A stretch of 64,000 bases of DNA, taken from positions 66,342,001 to 66,406,000 of the forward strand of contig NC_058368.1 in assembly GCF_018350175.1 (NCBI RefSeq). The letters run 5' to 3'. Under the pieces are notes generated by a model, which was not told the DNA's origin, did no database searches, and saw only the letters and a list, made by a program, of their open reading frames with translations. Both the position numbers and the translations under genes were made by a program. Source of the DNA: Felis catus. Its lineage: Eukaryota. Below, piece after piece: positions 1 through 11,632 of this stretch. Each line of letters opens with the position of its first letter. Positions within the stretch are counted from its first letter, which is position 1.

Positions 1-258
1 AGAGTATCGTCTGTGAAAGACAATTAATTGTACAGTGCAGAAAATCGAGCACAACGTGCTCTGTAGCTCCTGGACACGCAGGGCAGGGAGTGTCTGTCAT
101 GCACTCCAGCTAATGCATCAGAGCAAAATATACTTTAAATCGTGTGTCTTAGAGGAATATATTTTATAAAAGTAGATTTAAAAGGAAAAAAAAAAAACAG
201 ACGTGGAAGTTAATCCATCAAGTTGGCGATGGTTTAGAAAAATGAACCTCCAGTAAGT
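1..258 (+). other. Candidate exon 3' end with consensus 5' splice donor (CA|GTAAGT) and short ORF start ATG AAC CTC CA (M-N-L-H/Q)
   Basis: GTAAGT at 253-258; ATG at 242 with A at -3; tiny upstream ATG-GTT-TAG at 229-237; surrounding sequence is repeat-free. Gene identity unknown. Confidence 0.3.
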
Positions 259-2350
259 ATTCAACATCGCACTGTGTGTACAGGCCTCTCAGATATTCTT
301 CTGGTCATTCTGTGGGAGTTTGGAGGGGGGGGGGGCGGGGTGGTGGAATACCAGCCTACAAAGTGAAACGTTGTACCTATGCTGTGCTATTATGTATAGA
401 ATAATCTCTCTTTCTTTTTCCTTTAAATTTGTTTTCCTCTTGCTTCCCAGAGGATTGTGTGGAGGACAATGCAACATAGTGTAAGCTTTGGTCTTCTTTT
501 TTCTTACACTCATCCTCATTTGTCTTTGTATGGTCATTCCAGAGAGCTCTTGAGAAATTCCTCCTCCTCTTCCCCTTTCCAAATTGTCTGGAGTGTGTTG
601 AACACTGCACATGACCCGCGGGTTTAGCCGCTTTCCTCTCTGCCTGGTATTTATGGTGAATAACCATTTTGGTATTCTCTCCCAATGGCAAGGTTTTCAA
701 TCTTAGCTTTGTGTTCGACTAACTCGTTTGGTGGCTGATTTAAATTCTATCCCAATGTTCAGACTATGTGTAGTCTGCCTGAAAAACTAGCTCTTCCCTG
801 ATAGAATATATTGGCTTTTTTCTTCTTGTGCTGAGCGAATAATTACCTCGCTGATAATAACAACAAACCAACATCAGCTCTCATGCATAAGGAGCTAATT
901 TTTCCATCGGCGAACACAGAGAACTTAGGGGGTTAAGAAATAGTTTGTGGTGTAGGTTGTTTACTCTTTTTTTTCCTTCCTTCTTGAAGTTACTGATGTC
1001 TCTTAGAGCATCGGAACGCTGGATATTTTTTACTACAAAGTGGTTTTTGTTGGGGCTGAGGACAGCACACCCAGGTTATCTTACCTGACTTTCTATATTA
1101 ACCATAATAATCAGATAGTTAAGTTCTCTAATCTGGTTTTCATACTAGCATCCCATACTGATAATACCTTTTAATAAAGTGCTGAACCCTGTGTAGCATT
1201 GTGGACCCAGGAGTGAAAAGGACCGTCCCCTGATGGGCACATGTTTATCCATGCAGCACGCCTATGACATCGTGGTGCTCCCTGCCTGCCTGGCCTTCAA
1301 TTCAGGCCTGAATTGCTCTGTTAAAATTCATTTCTTTAAAAGGAAATTGTCCCCTGAGTAGTATTCCCATTTGTCATCACAAACTGAGCCCAGGGCAGTT
1401 GGAATGAGAAAAAGAAAGTTAGGAGGTAAATCTGGAACAGGACCACTCTGGAAGAGGAGACCTTAAAGAAGGAACAGTGAAGACAGATGGCTTAAGGCCT
1501 CCTGATGTTAAATGGAGAGTGAGGGGAGAAAACATCATGGGTAGGACAGGTCAGGGTTTTATTAGTTTGGCTCATTTGATAAAATTAGGGTAGCTCCAGC
1601 TCGGATGGTATGTGCCTACCTTTCCCAGCACATTCTCCTCATCGCTCCAGGTTTTCCAACCCATCTGATCTCCTTATCTGATGGTTAGCAGGGGCCTTGT
1701 GGCTTTCCCCCAAAGGGAATGACTTCCTCCAACATATTGGAAGGAAGGTAAATCATACTATCATCCTCCACCCCCACCCAGTCTGCAGGACTTCCCTGCT
1801 GGCATCCCATAATCTCCTGTAACTGAACCAAAAAAAAAAAAAAATCAGATATCCATTATTGTATATGATTCTTTCAAAAATACAGTGCTACTTTTGAAAT
1901 TCACCTGTTTGCTATTGGTGCTAAATATGATTTATTGACATTATTACATATAGATTTAAGAACTTATAAAATATCACGATATGTATGCACTTTATTTTGT
2001 TATTCTGAAACAAAATGGACAAAGCGACTCACTTCCTGGTATCATTCTGCCTGATGGTTAATACCAGTTTCAGAGTCAAATGCTGGTCATAAAAATGCTC
2101 TTCTACACCTCTTCGGGGCCATTTTGGTGTGATTTAGGATGCCTTGGTTGCAGGGATTCGGGGAAACTGTCTGTTGTTCATTTTAAATTGCCATGGCATT
2201 TCATTGTCACCTCAAAGGATTCTGCATCCGGCTAAATCCACTATTTTGCATTTCAAAAGGATGTCAGGCTGTATTTAAGAAACTACTTTATTATCTAGAG
2301 CTTCAGCCACTGTCTTTAGGTGAAACTGATATTTCCCACCTTCCACCCAG

Positions 2351-2387
2351 ACACACACACACACACACGCACACACACACACACACA
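2351..2387. repeat. (CA)n microsatellite
   Basis: Direct reading; one CG interruption. Confidence 0.95.
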
Positions 2388-4869
2388 TCCCTACCTCAGT
2401 CTTTGCTTGGCCTGGGCAGGAAAAAGTAAAACCTCAGTAGCAACAGTAAACCAGATTCTCCACTTTAATTAGTTTTCTAAAGATAAATGGGTCAAGGCCA
2501 GACTGGCTTTCAGCCTCTGTGGCCGCTGAATAAATTATGCCCCGTTCACCCCAGCCAACAAATGGCTGCCGCTCAATCCACTTCAGATTGTGAACTGCCC
2601 AGTCTTGCCTGAACCTGCTTTGTCTTGTTTACTGCAAAACCCCACTGAGACACCCCAGTTTCATTTTCAGTGAACCCTTGGTAATAATAGCAGCAAAATA
2701 CAGTGAACTTTCAAAGCAGGGAGAAAATACAAAACAGTAAAACCAAGCCACCCAACTTATTCGGCCTTTTGGTTTCTGCCCTTCCCTGGGCAACATCAGC
2801 AGCGTGTGGTAGCTGGGAGAGCCGCCTGGCACAGGCTTCTTTCCACTTAGGAGGCTTGTGGTTGATGAGGCCCAAGTAGGGAACAGCGAAAGACAAACAT
2901 GTAGAACGATGGGTTGTCTGCAGGATATTCTGCTTATTCCATGGGCTTGGAGGATGCACAAAATGGAATTCAGTGGTGTGCACCATTGGGACCCTGGATG
3001 GAATGCCATTGTCAGCTCACACCCAGTGGACAGTATACCTTGAGAAGCTATTCTTTCAGGAATGTGGAAGGACAGTGAACTGGGAAAGTGTAGATGGACC
3101 TCGCTTTAAGCTCAGGCAAGGCTATGGTCAGTTGCGTTGGGTTGTATGCCTTGGGGAGAAAGAAAAGGAATCACCCCACTGGCTACGTTATTCCCTGGGA
3201 GAAACCGAAGCCCATTCCGTCCCCACTGCCTTACGACACATTCCGAGAATCATGACTCTCAATGAAATAAAGTCATGCTACAATTTTAAAGGGGGTATTT
3301 TTTGCACCGTTCAGGTGTAAGTAATCTGAAATCATGTTAGGGGAATTCTACCAACAAAACCACTTTCAACTCTAAGTTACACTGTCCTTCGTCCTCAGAA
3401 ACATTTAAGCTAGAGCTTTGCTGACCTCTGACTGTGTCCTAAAAATGAAATGTTATACTTTCAGACAACAAGTATGGCTGTACAGATTTTCTGTCTATTT
3501 GATGGTATGTTGATATGCTTATTTTCCCCTGAGACATAAACATCTCTTTCAGCATTCCTAGATTTCAGCTAACCTCAAATTGATTCATTCTTTATGCATC
3601 GGTCAATCCACAATGTATGTACTGAGGTCTCCACTGCATGGCACTTAGTAACACTAACTCCCATATACAGTCTATATCACAGTGTTTCGTTAGTGGTAGC
3701 ATCATCAAAAAGGCAAGAGTTACTATGTGCAAAAAAGCCCAGCTTATCAAACCTGTTAGACCCATTCTGTCTCCTCCAGGAAATAACATCAAGCACAGAG
3801 TCCATAAAATGTTAGCGTACAGGAAATAGGAGTTTGATTTTGTAATCTAAGATAGATTACACCAGTAAAGAATATGTGGAAGATGTATTAACAAATGAAT
3901 TATCATTGACCCAGTATGCAAACTGAAAACATTGAAACATCGGTAGCATCTTTGGAATAGGTGATCCCCTAGCCCATTCTCTCTTCTGCAGACCGAGCTT
4001 TATGCCCATATCTTGAACACATGGTAAACGGAAACTTTGTTGTCGGTTATGACCCGGTCAGATGACAAAGTCCACCTACACACTCATTCAGAGTATTTGT
4101 CCTTCATCCAGCTATATAATAAGTGTCTTGGTGACTTGAATATCAAAGCCTGCATAGATAAGCCGTACTAAACTACTTAAACCATACCTTTTAAAATATG
4201 TGTTCATGAGAGGCATCAGTTGACATAGATCTTTTATTAACTTACTGAGCAGCTTAAAGAACCTTCTCTTTGTCATGGAAAATCTGCAGTGATTTTTTTC
4301 TCATCGCTGTCTGAGATATTCGCACCGCAACTCCCAAATGTGATGTTCACGCTTATGAGAGATAGAGCTGAAGAAATGGGATATTTCATAAATACTAGTT
4401 TTGATGCATTTGCCGTATAATCAATCAGCTTTTAACTGACTCTGGGGCCTATGGAATACATTTTAAAGCACTGGGAATTTCCCTATTCCCATAACATACT
4501 TGGACACTCTTTACTGCTAGCGATAAACCTCAGGCATAAACATTGTGGAGAAAACCAGATGAAAAGAAACCTGTTTGAGTGAAAATTGACTTTGCTTCAT
4601 AAATGTTAAAGGTAGAAAGATATCTGCAATACACAATAATTTTATTACTTAAGCTCATTCATGGTCATTATAGTCAAAGGCTCCGACTCCATGGGTATTT
4701 TCTAACACCTAAAAGATTGGCCAAGCTATTAAAAAAAAAAAAAAAAAAGTCTGGTTGACAGTAAATGAATGAACCTGCAGCTGCAGCAGCACCATTCTAT
4801 TGCTGGTTAACAAATAATTTTTTGGAAGCTGGGTTTGTGTAATATGTTTAGGAGCTTTTCCAGTACTTT

Positions 4870-5210
4870 ATCGATCTGGATAAGCCAAGCTAGGCAATGC
4901 GGCATCTCCAAACAGATCCCAAAATGGCTCACAAAGAACACAGGTTATTTCTCAGTCATGCCAAGTATCCTTTGTGGGTTTTCTGTGGGTCAGCTGCACA
5001 TGATCATCCCCTTCACTCCGGGACCCAGGGTCCCAGAGCAGCCATCATCCACAGCTTCCCCTGTTAGGTAGTGGGGGTAATAGAGACTGGGGCAAAGACA
5101 GTCATTGACGTCCCCTCCTGGCACAGCACACCATTCACAGCTCATTGGCCAGAGGAGGTCATATGACCAAGTCTGCTGTCAAAAAGGCAGGGACATGTGT
5201 CCCTCTGTGT
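4870..5210 (-). mobile_element. Old MaLR LTR fragment (MLT1K/J-like)
   Basis: Motifs such as ttcactccgggacccagg and cattggccagaggaggtcatatgacc resemble the recalled antisense MLT1K consensus. Confidence 0.6.
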
Positions 5211-5211
5211 C

Positions 5212-5276
5212 TCACACAGTGAAAATGGACATGTGAGTAATGGACATTTCACACAGTGAAAATGGACATGTGAGTA
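5212..5276. repeat. 28-bp direct duplication with 9-bp spacer
   Basis: tcacacagtgaaaatggacatgtgagta at 5212-5239 and 5249-5276. Confidence 0.95.
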
Positions 5277-6862
5277 CACAAACGTGTATGACCAAGGCAA
5301 GTGTTTTAAATTGATAAAAACCTATCTCCTTCCTGTCTCCAACTCTAAGACAGACCGTACATGAAAAAGAAGAGGAAAATCCTTCATTCGTTCAACACAT
5401 ATCTGTTGAACCAATAGGAACGCCAATAGGAACCAAGTACGGGTGGCTAATCAAGGAGCTCACGGCACTTTGGGGGAATGCCAGACAAAAGTAGCTATGA
5501 TTCCACTCAGACCGTATACTGGTGAAGATTGTGCTTAAATGTTTTTAGAGTCCTAAGAGAACTCTAAGTTTTTGTTACAAAGAGAGTGTCTGTATTGTCC
5601 CAGAAAACCAGTATCGCTTCGGAAATCAGCTTGATTTTTAGCGTCGGATGGCTGTTTTGCCTAACTGAACTTTGAATTCAGTCCTAATTTAATCAGGGCA
5701 AAGGAGTCCCACTCCAAATCTTAGGGCAGTATCTGAAAGGAGGAGGTAGAAGCTTTTGCCAGCAAGTAGTAGAAAATGGCAATAGAAAAGCAGAATGAGC
5801 AAAGACTTTTTTATTACCGGCATTTAATTGTCTTTCAGATCCAGACTATGTATATTTTAAGTGAGGCTTCGGTATTACATTTTGCGAATACTGCTCTTGT
5901 CTGACTTGATGTCATGTTTGCTTAGGCAAAGCAATTTTTCTGCTCTTCTCCTTTCTAGGTCAGCCTAGTTGGAGCAAATCAAATTGTTCTGCCTCTCTCT
6001 TTCTTTCATACATCATCATTTAAGATCACCAAGAATTTGAGTTCTGGAACCTGCCCTTGTCTCCTTTTACAATATCTGTTTATTTCTGAACAGCATTCGT
6101 GAAGGAGAACACTTTTCACAGGTTAATCAGAGAAATTGCGTGGGCCGACAGCAACAGCGAACTTATTGATCGCAGTGGAAGTCTCCAGAATGTGTGTTCC
6201 ACTGGCTTCTGTGTGGAATTACTTGCAAAATCGTGGGGCTCTGATTCGGCTGGAAGAAAAATTACAATATAAATTCACAAATTATTTGTGCGTAATGAGG
6301 CAGGAAAACAATGAGTTTGTAAGTTTTATTTTAAGGGATTTTGATGTTAGGAAACTCCCCACAGCAGCTTGCATTCATTTCAGTGAAGGACACTCATCCT
6401 GCACTTGAAAAGGCCTAGCATTTCCTTGGCCCGCTCTTCACAGCTCCTTGAGTGCCAGAGACAAGAGGTAACATGAAACAGCTAGACTAGGTCTGGGAAG
6501 AAAGCACAAAGGCGGCAAACTGCTTTAATTGATCTCCTCACATAAAGTCCAAAAACCCAGAGGCTATCTTGAGTGCAAGACATGTCCTCCCGAAGATATT
6601 TCCAGTTACTCAGGAAAATCAAATCTTCTTTATACAACAGTCTTCAAGGAACAAGAAATATTTCATTAGGATTTTAACATCGAGGGCTGAAGCAAAGAAA
6701 GCCTCCTCTCTTTTGTCAAGATTTCTTGACAAAACAAATAAAAGCCTCCTAACATATTTCCATTAGAAAACAGTTTTGAAGTAAGAAGGAAAATGGACCT
6801 TTAGGAATATTTTTTGAAGGGGACTTTGGAGAACTTTGATGGTGATATAACAAAGGCGGCTT

Positions 6863-6863
<1 letters not shown>

Positions 6864-6901
<38 letters not shown>
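6864..6901. repeat. (GT)n microsatellite
   Basis: Direct reading. Confidence 0.95.
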
Positions 6902-6902
<1 letters not shown>

Positions 6903-7200
6903 TTATTTTTTAATTGCAATACACTTTGTGTGCCAAGCAGCAACTTGAACGACCCAGAGACTGTTATAGTCGCTTATCAAATTATAGTTGAAGCATGATA
7001 CTTTTGCATAAATGTCTGGGATTCATCACTACTTTTTAAAATTCAAAGACACCTAGTTGTGAGTGAAATCTGGCCACCAATTTCTAGGTCTTCCTCATCC
7101 ATCACATCATGGCTTGCCCTAAGCTTTTCCCTTCCACAGAGAAGTTCCACCGCTCTCTGCTAGATTAAGCACGGCTGTTGTTGTTATTAATCACAAACAT

Positions 7201-7415
7201 GGGAGTCTGGGTGGCTCAGTCAGTTAGGTGGCTAACTCATGGCTTCAGCTCAGGTCATGATCTCATAGTTTGTGGGTTGTGCGGATGGCACAGAGCCTGC
7301 TTGGGATTCTCTCTCTTCTCCTTCTCTCTCTGCTCCTCCCCTGCGTGCACACACACACACACACACACACTCTCTCTCTCTCTCTCTCAAAATAAATAAG
7401 TAAACTTTTTAAAAA
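7201..7415 (+). mobile_element. CAN-SINE, older feliform subfamily, internally deleted
   Basis: gggagtctgggtggctcagtcagtt head, gagcctgcttgggattctctctc body, (CA)n(CT)n tract and aaaataaata tail. Confidence 0.9.
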
Positions 7416-7727
7416 GTTTTAAAATATTACAAAAAACAACATATAGTTTCAAAGATTTCAAATATTCATTGTGATTTTGGCTCTGACACAAAGCCTGTAG
7501 GTAGGCTTCTTGGTCTTTACAGAACGTGGCTGGTTCACCTGCAGGCTTCAGCATTCAAGGAGCGCTAAGGCTACAAAAGCTTTTCTGGAAGCCTCTAGGA
7601 CTAGTCTCAGAGGATGGGCAGAGAAGCGCAAGTGAACGCTGGTTTCCACATTGTTGTCAAAGAGCGTGAACACTGGAGCTTCCTGAGCTACAGCCACATA
7701 GAAAGATTACAATAAAAAGTCCCAGGG

Positions 7728-8027
7728 TGAATGCGGGGGGGGGGGGGGGGGAGCTGATAAGAGACTCAAGTTCTATGAAAGTGTTTGGGAAGCATGTAGC
7801 TAAATGACGGATGCAAATAACAAAGGGGAATGACGGAGCACAGAGAGGTGAGGGACGCACCATCTCAGGACATATTTCTGAATGCGGGGGGGGGGGGAGC
7901 TGATAAGAGACTCAAGTTCTATGAAAGTGTTTGGGAAGCATGTAGCTAAATGACGGATGCAAATAACAAAGGGGAATGACGGAGCACAGAGAGGTGAGGG
8001 ACGCACCATCTCAGGACATATTTCTGA
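7728..8027. repeat. Near-perfect tandem duplication (151 bp + 146 bp)
   Basis: Copies 7728-7878 and 7879-8024 are identical except for poly-G length (17 vs 12); TGA at both ends and at the junction. Confidence 0.97.
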
Positions 8028-8203
8028 GCAGCGTGCACACCTTGTGGCCTCGCGTCACCACCGAGGACCAACACAGAAAGGCTATTTTTTTTTCCTCGAA
8101 ACATTGAAACCAGACAAGGTAAAAGTACTGGAGGACATGAAAAGCCCAAATTAAGCAGCTGAATCTGATGTGAAAGTGAACAGCATCCAAAATAGACTTA
8201 AAA

Positions 8204-8423
8204 GGGGCGCCTGGGTGGCTCAGTCGGTTAAGCGTCCGACTTCGGCTCAGGTCATGATCTCGTGGTTTGTTGAGTTCGAGCCCCGCATCGGGCTCTGTGC
8301 TGACAGCTCGGAGCCTGGAGCCTGCTTCAGAGTCTGTGTCTCTCCATCTTAGCCCCTCCCCTGCTCATGCTCTGTGTCTCTCTGTCTCTCAATAATAAAT
8401 AAACGTTAAAAAAAAATTTTTTT
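8204..8423 (+). mobile_element. CAN-SINE (SINEC_Fc family)
   Basis: ggggcgcctgggtggctcagtcggttaagcgtccgac head with A/B boxes; TSD aaatagacttaaaa (8190-8203, 8424-8437). Confidence 0.97.
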
Positions 8424-8607
8424 AAATAGACTTAAAAAAATTCTCTGGAAGGCAAACACAGAGACGAGCCATGGACAGTAATGTACCTGTAAAACTTGTG
8501 CTTGGAGAGTAGATTTGACTGTGGGGAATGACAAGGAGAAGAAGGCTCTTGCAGCCATTTGTGTCTTCCTCCATCTTGGCCTCTCTCCTTTTAAAAATAA
8601 AAAGAGA

Positions 8608-8813
8608 GGGGTGCCTGGGTGGCTCAGTCGGTTAAGCGTCCGACGTCAGCTCAGGTCAGGTCCGTGAGTTCGAGCCCCGCGTCGGGCTCTGTGCTGACAG
8701 CTCACAGCCTGGAGCCTGTTTCCGATTCTGTGTCTCCCTCTCTCTCTGAGCCTCCCCCGTTCATGCTCTGTCTCTCTCTGTCTCAAAAAATAAACGTTAA
8801 AAAAAATTTTTTT
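8608..8813 (+). mobile_element. CAN-SINE (SINEC_Fc family), small internal deletion
   Basis: Typical head, body and tail; TSD aataaaaagaga (8596-8607, 8814-8825). Confidence 0.97.
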
Positions 8814-9300
8814 AATAAAAAGAGAAACAAAGACACAGAGGTTTTAAGATCTGCCCAGTGACGAAGGAGCCAGAACAAGAACCCAGGTTTCTTATTTTGA
8901 TCCAGGATTTATGTCCACCAAATTTTCCCACCTGCCTGTCTTAGAAAATACAGCATCGTTCCAGACTGAAGCAGGATCTGCTTAACAGCCTATCCTGGTT
9001 CAGCGAGTAAGAACGGTCCACACTGTGGAGTGCTTTGGAATAAACAAAGGGTTTCCACGTATTGTACCTGGTTTTTAAAACTTGAAACAACTGGAGGCAG
9101 CTGTTTGATGTTTCCCTTGAAGAGACTGCCAGTGCCAGCTTTCTGTTTCCCAGGGGCCTGATGCTATAATCCTCTTGGTGTCTGTGATGTCTCTACTGCC
9201 ATCAAAGGTCAAACAAGAGGTACACAGGCATTTTAGTGGGTTTACTGCTATTTTGTCTCTTCTTTGTTACTCACAGTACTTTCATAACATCCTCCCTCTG

Positions 9301-9634
9301 AAAAAAAAAAAAGAAGGTAGAGAAAGAAGGAGGGAGGGAGAGAAGGAAGGAAGGGAGGAGAGAAGGAAGGAAGGGAGGAGAGAAGGAAGGAAGGGAGGAG
9401 AGAAGGAAGGAAGGGAGGAGAGAAGGAAGGAAGGGAGGAGAGAAGGAAGGAAGGGAGGAGAGAAGGAAGGAAGGAAAGAAGGAAGGAAGGAAGGAAGGAA
9501 GGAAGGAAGGAAGGAAGGAAGGAAGGAAGGAGAGAAGAAAGGAAAGGAAGGAAGGAAGGAAGGAAGGAAGGAAGGAAGGAAGGAAGGAAGGAAGCAGAGA
9601 ATGTAGGTAGGTAGGAAAAGAAAGAAAGGAAGGG
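9301..9634. repeat. Polypurine tract: 20-bp minisatellite (agaaggaaggaagggaggag)x6 plus (GGAA)n
   Basis: Six exact 20-mers at 9341-9460 followed by GGAA runs. Confidence 0.95.
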
Positions 9635-10811
9635 ATTTTGTTTTCTGATATGGCTATTTGGGATTCCCAAATAGCAACTTTGCAGAATTCCATGATGAAG
9701 CCTGGAGGAGAGCTTTGCTCACTCAAAGGGAGGTGAAGAAAAGATTTGGGAGGAGGGGTGGGTCTGGATGATCACCACCATGAGTGTTTCCAGAATGTTA
9801 AGTCAACTATCCTCCTAAATTTGCTTTCTGTTACGTTGCTGGGATATTCTCAAAGGCTGCTGACCACGGGGGTTTGGGATTCAAGATCCTCACGTTGTAA
9901 GTTTTTCCTATATACAATAGTAGTTTGAGCAAGTAAATTATATTTGATTGAATTGATGATTAGGAGTAAAAGCTATGGCTCTATTGATTTAAAATGATAA
10001 GAAACTTTCAGCACATTATTTAAATGCTTGTGGGAATTGTACAAAGTCCCTCCAGGATTACAGACTTTTTGTTATAAGCCTTATTAGATACTTTTGTCTT
10101 CCGTGCCCAAATCATTGCATTATCTTGAATTGTGGTCATCAATTTTTTAGCCCTTTTGAGTCACCGTGATGCAGGCAGGACTGTGATTTAGCCGGAAACA
10201 CCAAAGTCATGTCTGGCTGTGGGCTGGCTCGTGCCAACTCTAAAAACAAGACTGTGTGTTCAGGTAAGTAAAGCAAGATGCAAATGAAGTCAGAGGTCTG
10301 ATCCTTAAAAGTGCTGGCCAAGGCCTCTTTCCTCACCATGAACTTGGACCACCCTCCTCAAGAGGGTCACATGAGGACCCAATGAGACAGCACTGAGCCA
10401 AAGTGCAGATTAACCATCACTGCGAGGGAAAAACAATTCAAAACATTTGCTCTCAGGGATCCTTAGGGTTGCAGGTACATTGAAGTCCATCTAGTCCAAT
10501 ACTCTCACTTTGCCAACGAGGACCCTGGCATCCAGAGAGATGATGTGGCTGATTTGAAAACCACATCGGTTCAGGCTGAGATATTTTTTGCTTCTCAAAC
10601 TCCATTAATTCAAGTGATACATCCAGTAATGTGTCCTTCAAAATAACGTCATTCTGGTTGTAGTAAGCCCATATAGAGAATACAGATCCATATGTATTCT
10701 AGAATAAAGAAAAGCCACAAAATTACAATCACAAAGAGAAATAAAGTAAAAATGAACGTGTTGAATTCACTGTCACAAAAAAAAAAGGTGGATCTTTTTT
10801 TTTTCCTCTTC

Positions 10812-11632
10812 TCTTTGTAGATGTACTTTTCAGAGAAGTTTTAGGTTCGTAGCAAATTTGAATGGAAAGCACAGAGAGGTCCAATATACCCCCTGCCCTG
10901 ACACACATACAGCCTCCTCCACTGTCAGCATTCCAGAGTGGTGCACCTGGTTTTGTTTTCTTACTGGAGATCTGTCTCCTTGGACCAGTATCTCCCCAAA
11001 TGCACCACCCTCCGACACCCCTTAACCACCATTCTACTGTCTGTTGCTCTAAGTTCAACTTTTTGAAATTCTACTCAAAAGTGCGATCGTACAGTATTTG
11101 TCTTTGTCTGACATATCTCACTGAACATAATGCCCTCAGAGTCCATCCATGTTGCTGTAAATGGCAAGATTTCCTTCTTTCCCATGGCTGAATAATATTC
11201 CCTTGTGTGTGTGTGCCTATGTATGTGTGTGTGTGTGTGTGTGTGCACATAGTACATCTTCTTTATCCTCTCATCTGTGATAGACACTTAGCTTGTGTCC
11301 ATATCTTGGCTGTTGAGAATAGTGCTGCAATAAACTTGGGACTAAAGATATCTTTTTGACATCTTTTCATTTCCTTTGGATAAACACCCAGTAGTGGGGT
11401 TGCTGGATCATATAATAGTTCTATTTTTGATTTTTGGGAGTTCTGCAGACTGTTTTCCGTAGGGGCTAAGCCAATATACATTCACACCAACCATGCACTA
11501 GGATTCTGTCTTCTCCAGATCCTTGCCAACGTTCCCCCTTCTTGATGACAACCATTCTAACAGATGTGAAGTGATCAGAGTGGTACATTTGTCATAATTG
11601 ATGAAACTACATTGAGCATCCTTTTCATCCAG
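10812..11632 (-). mobile_element. L1MC1-like 3' end fragment, split by a younger L1 (host parts 10812-10945 and 11576-11632)
   Basis: gttttaggttcgtagcaaatttgaatggaaag...cagagtggt resumes as cagagtggtacatttgtcataattgatgaaactacattg, as in the recalled L1MC 3'-end consensus. Confidence 0.7.
10948..11575 (-). mobile_element. L1 3' fragment (L1MA9/early carnivore-like): end of ORF2 plus 3'UTR
   Basis: ORF track 11263-11481 (IELLYDPATPLLGVYPKEMK...FIAALFSTAKIW) and 11075-11287 (EYYSAMGKKEILPFTATWMD) match the L1 ORF2 C-terminus. Confidence 0.9.

Noticed and set aside
1298..1315. Perfect 18-bp palindrome caattcaggcctgaattg
   Set aside because: A 9-bp-arm palindrome is expected roughly 0.25 times per 64 kb by chance (64000/4^9); no supporting context.
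5212..5276. Repeat-spacer-repeat patterns (also 22917-22958, 43738-43812, 54960-55008) as CRISPR-like arrays
   Set aside because: Only two units each, mammalian context, no cas genes; they are local duplications.
5935..5960. Strong polypyrimidine-AG acceptor-like site (also ~17316 and ~26919)
   Set aside because: No convincing downstream donor or open coding frame; such sites are common in introns.
8204..8290. tRNA-like A/B boxes here and at other SINE heads
   Set aside because: These are the tRNA-derived heads of CAN-SINEs, not tRNA genes.
9175..9726. Long low-complexity ORFs (EGRK and PSFL repeats)
   Set aside because: Translations of the GGAA/purine repeat, not proteins.
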